From assembly GCA_964016885.1 (NCBI GenBank), contig OZ024741.1, positions 84,258,001 to 84,322,000 on the forward strand: a DNA stretch of 64,000 nt. The letters run 5' to 3'. The position numbers were made by a program, and so were the translations under genes. Below, piece after piece: positions 1 to 13,436 of the stretch (positions are counted from its first letter, which is position 1; each line of letters starts with the position of its first letter). The notes beneath the pieces were generated by a model. It saw nothing but the letters and a program-made list of their open reading frames with translations, was not told the DNA's origin and ran no database searches. This DNA comes from Eledone cirrhosa (Eukaryota).

Positions 1-330
1 CAGTTTGTGTATCACTTCTTTACCCTCATATCGATGTCCAGTACCAGCTATATATTGGACTTGGATAGTGGGTCTAGCAACAATATACAATATCACACTT
101 CAACTTAAAGATATATGTACTGTCGTCCTCGACTGGCACATCCCTCCTTAATGATGATGCTCTTAATTTGCGTTTTGACCCAACGGTAATCCACTTTATA
201 CTGGTTACACTCTAAAACCTCCGAGGAATTGATTAGAGAATATCAGATATGTATATATTTTTCAAACATACCAGATACGGGAAACTAAAAATACTTGTAT
301 TTAATGCATCACAAAACTAGATAGAACAAC
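1..330 (-). mobile_element. Heavily decayed non-LTR retrotransposon RT fragment (possibly R4/Dong-like)
   Basis: Minus-strand frames give IIIKEG, ILLLDPLSK and GTGHRYEGKEVIHKL in the order expected for RT IKRGIFQGD..LNPLSK..GY..ISHLLYMDD. Many stops and frameshifts; runs off the window edge. Confidence 0.3.
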
Positions 331-1723
331 CATATGCTATGTCGTCACCAACATTCCAATATTCCTAACGCAAAATTATACGAAGTATTTTGATGAACAT
401 CCCATTGCTAAATAATATGAAAGCAATTAATGATACACAACCCCAATATAATTCCTAATATTAGATGTCCAGCCACAGATGAATATTATACAACCAAATT
501 TTTCAGTGAACGCATGAAAGATGCTATCACGGTAGAAAATGTATGTGGTACCGAACAGATGATTATTTAAAATGTGATATTTAGAATGTCCTCTGAACAC
601 ATCAATTTAGTTTGTAATAGAAATGTCCGAAAAATGGATTGGAACAGATGATTAAGTTGGGTTGATTAGAAAATGACAAATATATTTTGCAGTAAAGGTG
701 CAAACACAGATCCAATAGAGGGCTTTTCAAAAACATGTTCGATTAAATAAGCATAGAAATTAAAAAAGAAAATGCTGAGGTCAACATGATAACTAACTCC
801 GTTCAAGAAAGGGCGCATAATGGTGGCAGTTTAATGAGTGAAACATTAAATGGGATACTAGAATATATTAAAATATAGTGAATATATTGGCTTCTCATTT
901 TGATTAGAAGCAATGTTTTGCTTTCTGCTCATGATTAGCAAACTATATGATATATTTGTATGAAGTGTAAAAGGGAAAACATGGCGGCACAAGTGTGAAA
1001 GCTAGATGCTGAGAAATACGGGCAGCCCGATAAGAGAGTCGAAGTGTAAATTTGCCCCCAAGAAATCGTAAGTTGTGAAAGCAGAAGACCTCACATGTAT
1101 CGGGTGAATTATGACAGATACACCAGTTCTGTTTGGGATATTAAATAAGATAAGATTATATATCATTTCTGAAACAATATTTAGAGTTAATGATGCCTTT
1201 TGCTCATGGGCGTCATTGGAAACAGATCAAATATCACAATGCTGCGTCACACAAATGAGATGCTTAAGGATGAAGGTGAGTGGAAAATCTTATATTACAC
1301 ACTGATGAAAACTGTAGAGTGAGAAATCAGTACGTCACTCTTGCTGATGATAATGACACAATTAAATCCGCAATTAATAAAATATTTCCCTTTTATTCTT
1401 TATATTATCAGAGATGAGAGGTTTTAAAAATAGTTTTGGATTTTATTGTTTTCCTCGTATTTAATGTTTAGATGGCATTTACATCAACAATATGTAGCTT
1501 GTCGAAAACAGTAAACTGAATTTGATTGACAAATATTCAAAATTTAAATTACTCAAAATGTTGTCATAATCAACTTCAACATTTTAGCTTTGATTCACAT
1601 CTGATTACATGACACCTTGCTGAAAAAAGCGTGTTTGTCTTACAAAAACAATATTGCAATCATGAAATATGTAAGAATACATTTCTTTGTTATGGACAAA
1701 CGTCCTATGACTGACAGCTCTGA

Positions 1724-1869
<146 letters not shown>

Positions 1870-2376
1870 GGAGATAAATTTGAATTATCTACGTATATTA
1901 TATTAAGCTGAGGCAATAATAAATTTCTGTTGTTTCCTTTATTGGCAACTGTTTTATCATTGTCATGTCTGTAAACTGGATAGTTATATTAGTAACTTCT
2001 GGTCTCATATTTCTAACCTTCCAACTCAAATTCAGAGTTCACAATTCTGTAGACAGTACCACTCAGCTTATAGAAATGAATCAAGAAAAGTCGTATACTC
2101 AATATCATATATATATATAAATTGATCTAATATAAATAAACTTCTTTATAATTTATTTAATGTGTTCAACAGTATACACCAGAATTATTATAAGTTTGGC
2201 TGTCATTCAATGTGTATTTTTTGTATCATTTTGAAGCCATTCAAATTATTAGATTCGACGATGTTTTCAACGTGGCTCATCAACACAAGTAAATAAATAT
2301 GATCTTCTATTGTATATTTATTTGTATTCATATGGACCTATATGAGATATGTGTTATATAATATATGAATATCCAT

Positions 2377-2512
2377 GGCAAATTGGCAGAGTCGGTAGAA
2401 TCTCTAATAGAATGCTTTGCAATGTACATTAAGGTTCTCTGCGCTCTGTGTTCAAATCCCTCCGAAATCAAGTTTACTTTCCATCCTTTGGAGATCGAAC
2501 AAAGTACAAGTC
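2377..2512 (+). mobile_element. Diverged tRNA-derived SINE
   Basis: A-box-like TGGCAGAGTCGGTAG, B-box GTTCAAATCC and body CTTTCCATCCTTTGG similar to the main SINE family here. Confidence 0.7.
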
Positions 2513-2900
2513 TAGTAATATGATCTACTCTTCCTCAATATATCTAGGGATTTAATTTATTTGGAGTGCTATATGATCATAAGATAAAATTCGTGCAGCA
2601 ATATTAAATATATATCTATTATACATTTAAATAGTTTATATGAATTCATGTACGCCTATATTTTGTATGATGGTGAATCAGTGCTACCACAATTGTTAAC
2701 TGTATTTAGTGATTTATTCTGTGGTACAAATTCTATTTCAATAACGAATTTCCTTCATAGAAATACAACTGCAAACACGGACACACACATACATATATAG
2801 CTAAACACATATATATATATATGGAAATGTCCGTGAAAATGTATGATGGGCCTATGTTAGTATATATATGCATATCTATATCTATCTCTCTCTCTCTCTC

Positions 2901-2951
<51 letters not shown>

Positions 2952-3602
2952 ATATATATATATATATATATATACATTTATATATACATTATAGAAATGT
3001 CTGTAATTTCTCATAAGCAGGTACACAGAGGCAACCACTATAAATCCTCATAATATAAAGATATAAAGAGAATAGACGTGGATATTCACAATTTAAAAGA
3101 AAATACATCAAAATATTATAAGCCTGCAGTATTTCACATTTGATTTACGTTTACTCAAGCCAGCAAGACGACACATCAATTAAAAGAGCAACAAACTAGA
3201 AGGTATTTTATATAATTACCATTTTCTAAATTTAGATTTATGTCCCCTGTTTACTACTTTTCTATATTAGATTTACAGCAGATGAATTGTACTAATGATT
3301 TGTAAGAAAAGAAAAGTTTTCTTTCTGATATTTAATAAGGAATATAAGCAGATTTATGTGAATGCATCAGTTTCTGCTGAATTGAACACATAAATTGTTC
3401 TTAATTAAAAATTTATCCTCCTGCAAAATTAGATAGTCAAAATATTTGTTCGGAAGTGAAACAGTCAAAATCTCATAATTTCTTTATACTTGTATATTTT
3501 GCTCCACAGATTAAATTCGGAAAATTTAAATGACGTCTTTAAACGAATTCGAAGACTGACTGCAATAAATAATATTTTCAAGTGAATTTTGGAAACAAAG
3601 TG

Positions 3603-3724
<122 letters not shown>

Positions 3725-4481
3725 TTGTATGTCTAGAGAGAGAAAGAATGAGACTTAAATAAGAGGAATTTGTAAGCTGTCATCTTGGAATTAATAGAGT
3801 TTTAATATCAGATGCTAAACACATCCAGTTGTAGAAGAGAGGACCTTATTACAACCTTTTGTATTAAATCAATTGTCTGTTCAATAAAACCATCTATCAA
3901 TAAGTTTTGCTTAGTATAAAAGGATTAGAATAAGTAGACATAGATTAAAGCAGAAGTCTAGTCTGATACTGATGACATAATATCACTGTAAAATGTAAGT
4001 AGGACCATTGTTTTAATAGTAACGCAAGAGTTTTACCATATATTTCAAACCTAAAGAGCAGCTGTTCATATTTGAAATATTTTGAAGGTTAGATAATTAG
4101 TGTTCAAAGGTGAACAGCGAATATAAATAAACCTTGAGAGGTATTGGATGCAGAAATTCTGTTGAAGTTGAAGCGAAGAATGTCAGATATGTTTTCACAA
4201 TCATCAGATTTCAGGTGCGATCACATTACGTGAAATTTTACATGTTTTGTATCGTACATTCACTTCAACTCGAGTTTTCTGAAAGAATCTATGCGGTAGA
4301 ATATGAGATCAAACCTATCAGGCACGCTGTGTTTTTTTGTATTTTGTTTTTCTCTCCTGAAAATTACATGAATATTGTAGTCTTCTGTAAACAGATTGTA
4401 GGTAGGTCAGTTGAGTGCTCAATAACTATACACAGCTGTGAAACCAGTGCACGTCCTATTTAAATGTGACAGTTTGTGTGC

Positions 4482-4484
<3 letters not shown>

Positions 4485-4567
<83 letters not shown>

Positions 4568-4612
4568 GCGTGCGTGTGTGTGTGTGTGTGTGTGCGTGTG
4601 TGTGTGCGTGTG
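4485..4612. repeat. Compound (TA)n(TG)n microsatellite
   Basis: Directly visible; source of several spurious ORFs. Confidence 0.95.
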
Positions 4613-4821
4613 CGAATGCACGTGCGTGTGTATATACATGCATATACGTAAGGGGTGCACGTGTACATGGGAGGCTCAGAACACTGCATTTTAATTTCAC
4701 AAGCAGACTCTTCCGTGTTTCGAACAACTGGACACTCATCGTCCGACGGATAATATAAGATAGATAAACAACGGCGGCTAATTTATAATTGTCAGTTAAT
4801 GTTCCCATATAAACAATCTAA

Positions 4822-4937
4822 GCAGGTTTATCAGAATTGGTAGAGCGTCTGAGGGAATAGTTTGCGGTATTCTCAGCGCTCTAAGTTCAGCTCAAATTTA
4901 CCATTCATCCTGTTGAAATAGAAAAATAATGCACCAT
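4822..4937 (+). mobile_element. Very decayed SINE copy
   Basis: CAGAATTGGTAGAGCGTC head and TTCATCC..AAATAATGCACC body resemble the SINE consensus. Confidence 0.45.
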
Positions 4938-6635
4938 CTCAGAGTTTAAGTTTTACAGTTCACAGCGGTTTCCTAAAATGATCTGGATGAAAATGTTACT
5001 AATGGTGTTAAATATCAGATCATAATATGGCTGATGTGAAGAGAAAAATTATCGGAATAAACAAACTAAATCGCTCTTTGCTTAAATGATTAAGGATCAA
5101 AATTATTGATATCTTAATATAATGATGACGTTACTGCCAATTCTGGTGCATTTTGTGAATTGACTGCATGTAGGCATATTAAGTATAAAAACAATATTAT
5201 AATATAGCAATTATTCCAACTCAAGAATATACAGTTAGCAGGTCAGTACAATGACCGTATAGTGATTTAGACATAGTTCTATAGTCTTTCATGTTTATCC
5301 ATCACATATAGTATATTATATTTAATGAAAGCGTTAACTGAGTGTTAAACGTCAACCAACGAACAGTGATTCCGACTGTTTTTATGCATAAACAAATTTC
5401 ATTAATAATGCATTTATAATATCAACATTTATATTCGCTTTGCGGAAAGTAGACATGCGATCAATCTGTCTCTAAAACTATTTCAATAAATCAGTTCCAG
5501 TATTAGTGAAGTTATGCTGGTATTTGACTGGCAAATAGAATACTGAAATAGGGCAAATATGGAGATGTTGCATGATTACTAATATAAAGCCTCTTCATGT
5601 TGTAGTTATTTAAATCAGCATACTCCCACCGCCGGGCTTCATTAGCTCTAAAGTGAGAGGGTGACGATTTTCAAAGTAATTTAAGGCTTACGTAGATGTG
5701 AAATGTTGATTTTTTCATACATGTGTAACGTAGAATCTAGGTAATAGTACGATTACATCCTAACATCCGTCGCTTCTATAATAATGATCCAAATGTTGTT
5801 TTATGTGCAATTTGAAAGATTGAAGGTTGGTGGTTGAAGGGAATATATGGAGCGAGAAAAGAGATGTCCAGAAGAAAATATCTTTATACATTGTAAAATA
5901 TAATTCTGGGTAGAGAGTTCTACTGTTCACATCCTTGCCGTTCTAACACCATAAGAGGATGGAAGGTGGCATTAGCTTGACATCCGTCACAGCACAATGA
6001 ACACAAAAAGTCCTCGATGATGAGAGTGGTAACGGATTTGTGGAAAATTTGGGTTCTTTACATAGTTAATAGTCAATACTCACAAGTAAAATGCACTTGG
6101 TATGGTCGATTAGGGTTGACCTTGGACTAAACCAATACAACATCAACAAAAGCAACTAAAACATAAACGTTCCTTAGAGTAAGGAAGGTATTTACATAGT
6201 TTTTGTTGCATTATAATAGGGGTTGTATCCATTATATTCGTCATTTATTCTAGAAAACTTTGAAAATATGTTTAATATAACTAAACAGAGTATTTAATAG
6301 AGAGTGCCAAAGTTGATCAGTAAAGATGGCAGAGAGATCTATAACATTATGTTATGTATCTTGGGAAATACATATATATACATTCCATTTAATCCAACAT
6401 ATACCTACAAAAATTATCGTTAGGAATAAGTGAGGAAGTAAGTGAATGTTGTTTGCCGATACTTCGAAGTGTCACAAATATTCAGCTCTTCAAGCTGACA
6501 GTTTAAAATACACTCCTTGGTAATATTTAGATAATAAATACTAGAATCCGAATTTTGTATTGGAGTATTTACTTATATAGTATTTGATGAGCATGAGCAT
6601 TAAAATATTGTTTTTATATATATACTTATATATAT

Positions 6636-6966
6636 ACTTCTCATCATTTCTGAAGACAGCATATATATATGTGAAGGTATGTATATTTCCTCTGATAGTT
6701 TGTAATATTTTTACATAGATCTATATGATATACATACCAACCCACATATATATATCCTAGAAACGATCGTAAAATGATGAATTTTTTAATATAAGGAACT
6801 TGTTCTTTGTTTTTATTCATTGTTTTTATTAATTTATCTTGACTCTGTTTTCCTATGATTTTCATCGACAATTTTTGAATGCATCTTCTCTTTTCATGAT
6901 ATTTGGATTACATTGAGTTCTTCATACGGATTGGACACTACCGTATATTTTGGTAGATTTATTTAC
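6636..6966 (+). mobile_element. Solo 3-prime terminal-repeat fragment of the Neptune-type PLE at 43860-48055
   Basis: Aligns by eye to 47855-48055 (same strand) and to 43860-44200 (reverse complement); bounded by TA-rich tracts. Confidence 0.9.
6641..6780 (+). ncRNA. Type I hammerhead ribozyme motif with extended stem II
   Basis: Perfect 9-bp stem I TCATCATTT/AAATGATGA; core CTGAAGA 6650-6656; long stem II (ATATATATATGTG/CACATATATATAT, GGTATGTATAT/ATATACATACC); GAAA 6760-6763; palindromic stem III ACGATCGT; GUA cleavage triplet ending 6771. Confidence 0.85.
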
Positions 6967-7034
<68 letters not shown>

Positions 7035-7679
7035 GGGGGGGGGGTGAGTGTGTGTGTGTATGTGTGTGTATGTTTGTTTATATATATATGTGTGTATGTG
7101 TGTGTGTGTGTGTGTATCTTTCTGCCTATGTCTGTGTGTGTTTAAATTCCGCAGTCTTTAAAACATTCAAATATTAACTGAATGAGTAAAAATAAAAAAA
7201 TATATTTTGCGTTGAAACATAAGGGATTTGGACGTTTCAGCGTGATTGTTTCATACATGTCTTCATACATGACTAGCATAGAAAGTAGGTAAACGATGAC
7301 TACAGCCTGATGGCGTCAGACGTTTCTATAATATTAATTGGAGCGGTTTGCTTTTTGTTTTGCTACAATTTAAGGCGCGTGCATTTCAATGACGTGTTTG
7401 AATTAATCTATGACATGAATCTCGTGCGTGCCTGGGGCTTGGGTTGATTAAAGGGTTATGGTTAGCATTTATATGAGTTTGTGATAGCATGGTTTAGGCT
7501 TATATTTGCTTACGTAATAGTTAATGCGAATGGCGGTTTTAGTTATATATATATATGTTTGAAGGCCAGAACAATGCAGGTTGGGATACAGAATATAAAT
7601 GCAAAAGATAACGCTGACAATTATTCTTTTACCTGAATTTATTAGTATATCCTGATATTTCAAGATAATATCTCTTCGC

Positions 7680-8042
7680 GTACAGCTAGCCAAGAGACAC
7701 TCCATCAGACAATACAATTGCTGAACGCTGGCCAACTGCCCCATTGACGACACAGCCCTATGCCACCAGGCATACGTTGTCTACAGATTAGAGTGCGAGA
7801 AATGTAGCAATTTCTACATTGGTAACACCACCAGACAACTTTACATTAGAATAAAACAACACCTCAACACTAATGCTTCGCCATTTAAGAAACACCTGGA
7901 GAAATGCAAAAACATCAACAAAAACATAATAGTTAGGATAGAAGCTAAGGAAAGAAACCTCGGCAATCTTAGAATTAAAGAAGCATTAATTATAGACGAA
8001 AAGCAACCTTCAATCATTTATAGATTAGAACTCAACACCTAA
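7680..8042 (+). pseudogene. PLE GIY-YIG endonuclease remnant (absent from the ORF track)
   Basis: Frame reads NC*TLANCPIDDTALCHQAYVVYRLECEKCSNFYIGNTTRQLYIRIKQHL...LRIKEALIIDEKQPSI; VY..YIG.T.R.L..R..QH and EA..I..P motifs of the PLE endonuclease. Confidence 0.9.
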
Positions 8043-8330
8043 TTTTTAACATGATAGAGCATCTAGACTCCATATTTATATCTCCATGTATCCTCTCACA
8101 CTCACACACATGCGCGCGCCCGCATGCTTACACCTTTACGTATTCTCTCTCTCAGACACACACACACTTAGACATACATGTCCAAACCCTTTAAAGGGAG
8201 ACAACTCTGTATCCACTTGACCTCTACATACCTCCACTCTTTGACATTAGAAGTAGAATGGAATTTTATACTACTTCTGGTCAGATTGACTTGGCAACCC
8301 ACTTCGAACACTGGATTAACCCGTTTAATT

Positions 8331-8367
8331 TCCTCAGATGAAGAAATATTATCTCGAAATATCAGGA
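8331..8367 (+). ncRNA. Minimal PLE-type hammerhead motif (core mutated)
   Basis: TCCT-CAGATGA-A-GA(A/G)AT att ATCTC-GAAA-TATC-AGGA. The inverted arm restores stem II GAGAT/ATCTC; the U4 position is A in this copy. Confidence 0.6.
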
Positions 8368-8521
8368 TGTACTAATAAATTAAGGTAAAAGACTAATTGA
8401 CAGCGTTATCTTTTGCATTTATATTCTAGATCCAAACCTACATTGTTCTGGCCTTCTAAGTTCAAACGTTTATATCTCACTACACAATGCTTCAAGTAAA
8501 CTACCAATTCCTTCCTATATA

Positions 8522-8612
8522 CAGTACAGAAAATATTAGCGATGGTCATATGGAGTTGTACATAAATCTATGCAGACACTTCATATGGCCTTCGCTAATA
8601 TTTTCTGTACTG
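8522..8612. mobile_element. 91-bp hairpin MITE, Tc1/mariner-like ends
   Basis: TA|CAGTACAGAAAATATTAGCGA...TCGCTAATATTTTCTGTACTG|TA; 21-bp perfect TIR and TA on both sides. Confidence 0.8.
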
Positions 8613-8811
8613 TATGTATACTCTGCTCTGCTCTGGACTACCTAAAAGAACTTGGATTGGTAATATGTTGTCGACTGCTTTAATCTATTGACATAAGTGT
8701 TGACTGATTGGAATGTGGAATGTACAAATCTAGTTAATGAACGCCTTATAAAAATTATGTATACATATGTGTGTGTGTGTGTTTGTGTGTGCATTCTGTA
8801 AATCTGATGAT

Positions 8812-9378
8812 ATACGGTATGTTTACGAATAAAAATGTGAAATCCCTTTAGCTATGATTTTTGGAAGCTGATGGCTGGGGCCATCTAGCGAATTCCGGCA
8901 GAAGGAGTAGAGGTTAACTGCTGACGATTGTTTCCTGCTGGTGGTCGTGGCATGACAGTGCCCTCCCCCTAACCTGCTCTTTGCTAGAATTCAATATAGG
9001 CAAAAATATATAGTTTTAACGCTTGTGTGTATGGGCATATTAGTCATATGCATATGATGTCGGCCGGCTCGGCTTGAAAATAGTTTTAAATCTTTCATTC
9101 CGACATAGCTGTATACATATAAGATTTGTTTTGAATATCTCATTATACACGGTATGTTTACGAATTTGAAAGCCTTTTAGCTATACATTTTGGAAGCTGA
9201 TGGATGGCACCATCTAGTAAATTTTAGCAAAAGCAGAGGAGGGTAACTGCTAATTAGCCCATGTACATAGGCACATAAGCTACATATTTCGCTTATATTG
9301 AATTCCAGCATCGAGCAAGGTAGGAGGAGCACTCTCTGAATAACAACTACCAGCCAGGCATGATTATCGGCTGTTAAC
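8812..9378. mobile_element. Rearranged foldback/MITE-like repeat, related to 20368-20760
   Basis: 8812-8925 is directly repeated at 9148-9255; about 8914-9010 is inverted at 9285-9378; CGACATAGCTGTATA and CCATCTAGC motifs are shared in reverse with the 20.6-20.7 kb copy. Confidence 0.6.
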
Positions 9379-9383
9379 GTATT

Positions 9384-9866
9384 ATGTCAAGAGGAGAAAC
9401 AATAAAGTCTGAAGCATATATTGCGACACTAAAAATACTAAAAACAAAAATTCGATAACTAAAACTCGTCTTGTGGATGAATAAATTGTCTTCCCCAACA
9501 CGACAATTTCACACCTTACACGAACATCAGAACAAAGAATGAAATCATCTCATTCGGGTGGACAACACTGTCGCACCCTCCATACTCACTTATTCGGTCC
9601 CATGAAAGAAGCATTGATAGGCCAGCATTATGGAAATGAGAAAGAAATGAAAACTGCTGCCAAGAATTATCTTCCTGAGCAGCCAGCAGAGTTTTTCGAA
9701 GCTGGGATACATGCATTCATTCGAAGGTGGAATGTAGCTACTGAGAGAGGTGGCGACTATGTTGAGAAAAAGGAATATGATCTTCTGATTTACGGCTTCA
9801 TTTTGATTTGTTCTTCATTTTTCTTGCAATAGATCAAAAGGCATTACTTGTTGGCGAGCCCTCGTA
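9384..9866 (+). mobile_element. Mariner transposase 3-prime remnant with right TIR
   Basis: RGETIKSEAYIATL, QHDN, GWTTLSHPPYS, HLFGPMKEAL...FFEAGIHAFIRRW..GDYVE; the PDLAPSD segment is deleted; ends TTACTT..GCCCTCG|TA. Confidence 0.92.
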
Positions 9867-10931
9867 TACATTCTTTGACGAAGGCGAGCTTGAGTTTCGT
9901 TCCGGTACATCTGCATATGAAAGTTAGAAAACAGTCTAACTGTCATTGATAATTTTTCTATGTTGGTTACGTTCAAGATATGCTCCTTCTAATATATTTC
10001 CTTATTCGCTATACCTATACGCAATAGATACTGTTGATATGAGGCAGGTGAAAGATAAAAATGTAGAGATAAATCCTTATGAAAATAGCTTTGCCTTTCA
10101 ACATATTTTCCATGTGTGAGCCTGCATATTTCTATAATAAATCTTCTACCTGGTTAATACTTTCGTTTCAGTATAAACTCAGAAGAAAGCCGTCGTCAAC
10201 CCATGCAGAATGTGCTGTGAGAATCCCATTATCAGCTGAGAGTGTTGACTAGAAGAAAACTGACAAATGTTTCTATCAAAGTGGATGAATAGAACTTCAA
10301 TATCAAGATGTCATTGGTGCTACTCAAAAATATAAACTCTTGGTTGGGACTGAAAACAGTGTAAATCCTCCAGACACGCATACAAATGTACAAATACACG
10401 CTTACATTCACACACACAACTACATAAACATATGAGATATACCCGCTCTCTCACTGGTCGCTGTTAATGCCATCAGGGTGGTTTCGATGATAGTGATGTG
10501 GGTGTTGTTGTTATTTCTATACCTGCCACCTCCAACACTGTGGTTGATTTATTTTTTGGTATTGTTTATGGTAGTGGTTGTTGTGATTGTTGTTGATGTT
10601 GCTGATATCGGTGATGATATGGTGGCTAGTGTCTTGTCAATCTACCTGATATACACCCTCACCTTATTTGTGATAACCCACAACCCAACACGATTACCCC
10701 CACACACTCCCCAATACGCCCACTTATAAACAAGTTGTCTGCCATGTATACATTGGTATGATTGGATTTTTATCTACACGGTTTATGTGCAGATCGATAC
10801 AAGAGTCAGCTCTATCACGTCGATGAAAACATCGAGCGAAACACCTATTAAACACATGTATCGTTCCATATGGAATAGACATATTATAATGTGTAACTTT
10901 GTTATCGCCTACTAATATACGTACATGCATG

Positions 10932-10992
<61 letters not shown>

Positions 10993-12420
10993 TGTATAAT
11001 TTATACAAATCTAAAATCAATGTAAAACTAAAAGCAAATGAATAATACCAAAATGAAATGAATGCACGTATTTAGAGTCAAGTGCAACATAACCCACTTA
11101 ATTGTACTTCATAGGAGTATAGGCACATGCTTCTACTACCTATCAATACACAGTCTCTTAGTATCAGTTAATATAGCGGTTTCCAATTTAGGCACAAGTC
11201 CTGTATTTTGGCAGGTGGAGAAGTTCCATTATATAAATTCCAACCGTTGATTGGTATATTATTTCCATGAGCACAAAAGGATGAAATACCCATTGGATCT
11301 TAGTGTTTATTAAACTTAGAACGTAAAGGATTGTAATAAATACTGTAAATCTCTTTGTCCGATTCTGCCAATGCCCCAACTTTAGTGTCAGTATCACTTA
11401 TAATAACCCATGTTGCAAGTGTGAAAATAACAAGGTAAATAACACATTCCTGTGAGGGCTGACTACCTTAGACTTTATCTTTCTTAGGTAACACACAATA
11501 TACCCGTGTAGGTTATACAATACAGATTTCTCTCATTGATGATTTTCTCAGTTGCACCGTAACCTTCACAGATTTATGTGTTGCACATACATCTGGTAGG
11601 GCCATTTGAGTTCGTGACATTCCCAAACCTTGATAAAACAGTCATGGTGCACCTTTAATCTTAGAGGCACTCAGTCAGTCAATCTCTGATTACATAACAA
11701 CAACAATACATAGACATAAATAATTATCGTCTTCAATGTTACATGTGTCACTAGATATAACAGCCAAATCTTACTCGAATCACACTCAATCATTTGACCA
11801 GAAGAGAATGGCACATTAGACATGGAAGCACCAATTTTACAAAAAATAGGAAATATAGGATGGCCACTGCCGGCATGTGTTGCATCCTTAACCTGTTCAA
11901 GCATTACACTTTTTTCTTTTTTTTAGTTTTAATTTAGAGTGAAATCAAGGCATCCCTTTACTGGTGAGAAGGAAGAAGGATGGAGCAGAGGAAGAACTAG
12001 ACTTGCAACAAAGTTGCCAACGCATCATAGATTACGACTCCAGGAACCTGTCAGGGAACATAGCAACAACAAAATATACATACACACAAGTTGTTGGACC
12101 GCCGTCAAATTAGCATGCTATGGCTAAGCATTGCGGAAGTCAGACTCCATTTTCTGTAGTTTTCTGGAAAATACAAGGTATTACTTGACAGAGTCTTTGT
12201 ATTGTTGAAATCTCATTTGGCCAGTTAAGTTCACCGAAATAACGTGATATCGTACAGGAAAATGAATTCAGGACCGTAAAATAGTAGCATGAACACTCTA
12301 ACGACTAAGCCAGTTGCTAATTACATACACACACACGTACTCACATACTCACACGCACACAATCACACATACACATACACACACACACACCTACACACAT
12401 ATATATATCTTTATGGCTGA

Positions 12421-12861
12421 ATAGAATAAATGTAATCTGAATTTTTCGAATATTAATAATTGTTTCTACATTTGGCACCAGGCCACCAATTATCCCAGTG
12501 AATTACTGGTACTTTATTTTATCGACCCCGTAAGGATGAAAGGCAAAGTTAACCTCGGCGGGATTTGAAATCAGATCATAAAGGGAGGTAACTCTATGCT
12601 TGAAAGCATGGCGCCCGACCCTCTAGCGATACTGCCAATCCACAATATGCGATTCATTTGCAATTATGCAAACGAGCCTCAATTATATAGCCATGTCATA
12701 GAATGAACCCTTCATTCTTGCTCTTGTATTGGCAGTTATGTTCACATGCCAACACAAGAGCAAGAATGACATAGCTATAAAATTGAGGCTTGTTTGCATA
12801 ATTGCAAACGAATCGAATGTTATTATTAATATTCGAAAAATTCAGATTACATTTATTGTAT
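12421..12861. mobile_element. Palindromic MITE interrupted by a SINE
   Basis: Removing 12461-12643 leaves a near-perfect foldback (AATAAATGTAATCTGAATTTTTCGAATATTAATAAT and its reverse complement at 12821-12857, pairing continuing to the centre near 12740). Confidence 0.88.
12461..12643 (-). mobile_element. tRNA-derived SINE, main family
   Basis: Shared body TTTATTTTATCGACCCCGTAAGGATGAAAGGCAAAGTTAACCTCGGCGGGATTTGAA; pol III A/B boxes on the minus strand. Confidence 0.92.
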
Positions 12862-12862
12862 A

Positions 12863-13300
12863 CTGGCAGAGGTACCCGGCGTTGCCCAGGTATTAAATAG
12901 CAGTTGTGTATACCATTTATGTCAAATACTTCAGTGCTGCTTCGAAAACTATACTTTTACAAAATCATCGGCTTTTTCCAAAAGGGGGTTCCTGCCCCTA
13001 GCTGTCCCCTACTCAATATGAGCCAATTCATAGATTTCACATTCATATGTAGGACAAACGTAGCCCATGTGTCAAGTTTTGTGAAAATCGGTTGCGAACT
13101 CCAGAAGTTTTGACATTTTTTTGCATTACACTGCAGTGCTTCAGTAGACTCCAAGGAAGTGGTTAAAGGGCTTTATCTGCAGGGAGGCCCTATAATCAAT
13201 ATCTGCAAAAATGAAAGTGCCCATGACCATCCGGAGTACATAAGTAACCTATGTCTTAATTTTGGTGAAAATACTGTAGAAATGCATAAGGTTTACTAAC
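12863..13300 (-). mobile_element. Non-autonomous Helitron-like element (Lep1-like layout)
   Basis: GC hairpin ACCCGGC-GTT-GCCCAGGT about 10 nt from a degenerate CTAG end (CCAG); internal TGTCAAGTTTTGTGAAAATCGG-type blocks; microsatellite at the other end. Confidence 0.6.
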
Positions 13301-13436
13301 ACTCGCGCGCACACGCACATGTATGTGTGTGTGTATGTATTTGTGTGTGCGTATGTATATGTATGTGGATGTTCGTCGGCGAATACGTATGTAGTGGCAT
13401 AAATCTTCACTATTTACTTTTACTATTTGAATGCAA

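Larger units (their letters stand above)
7561..8510 (+). mobile_element. 5-prime-truncated Penelope-like element with inverted arms (7561-7678 / 8339-8456)
   Basis: Arms are reverse complements of each other; centre encodes a GIY-YIG endonuclease; (TA)n at the left edge. Confidence 0.9.
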
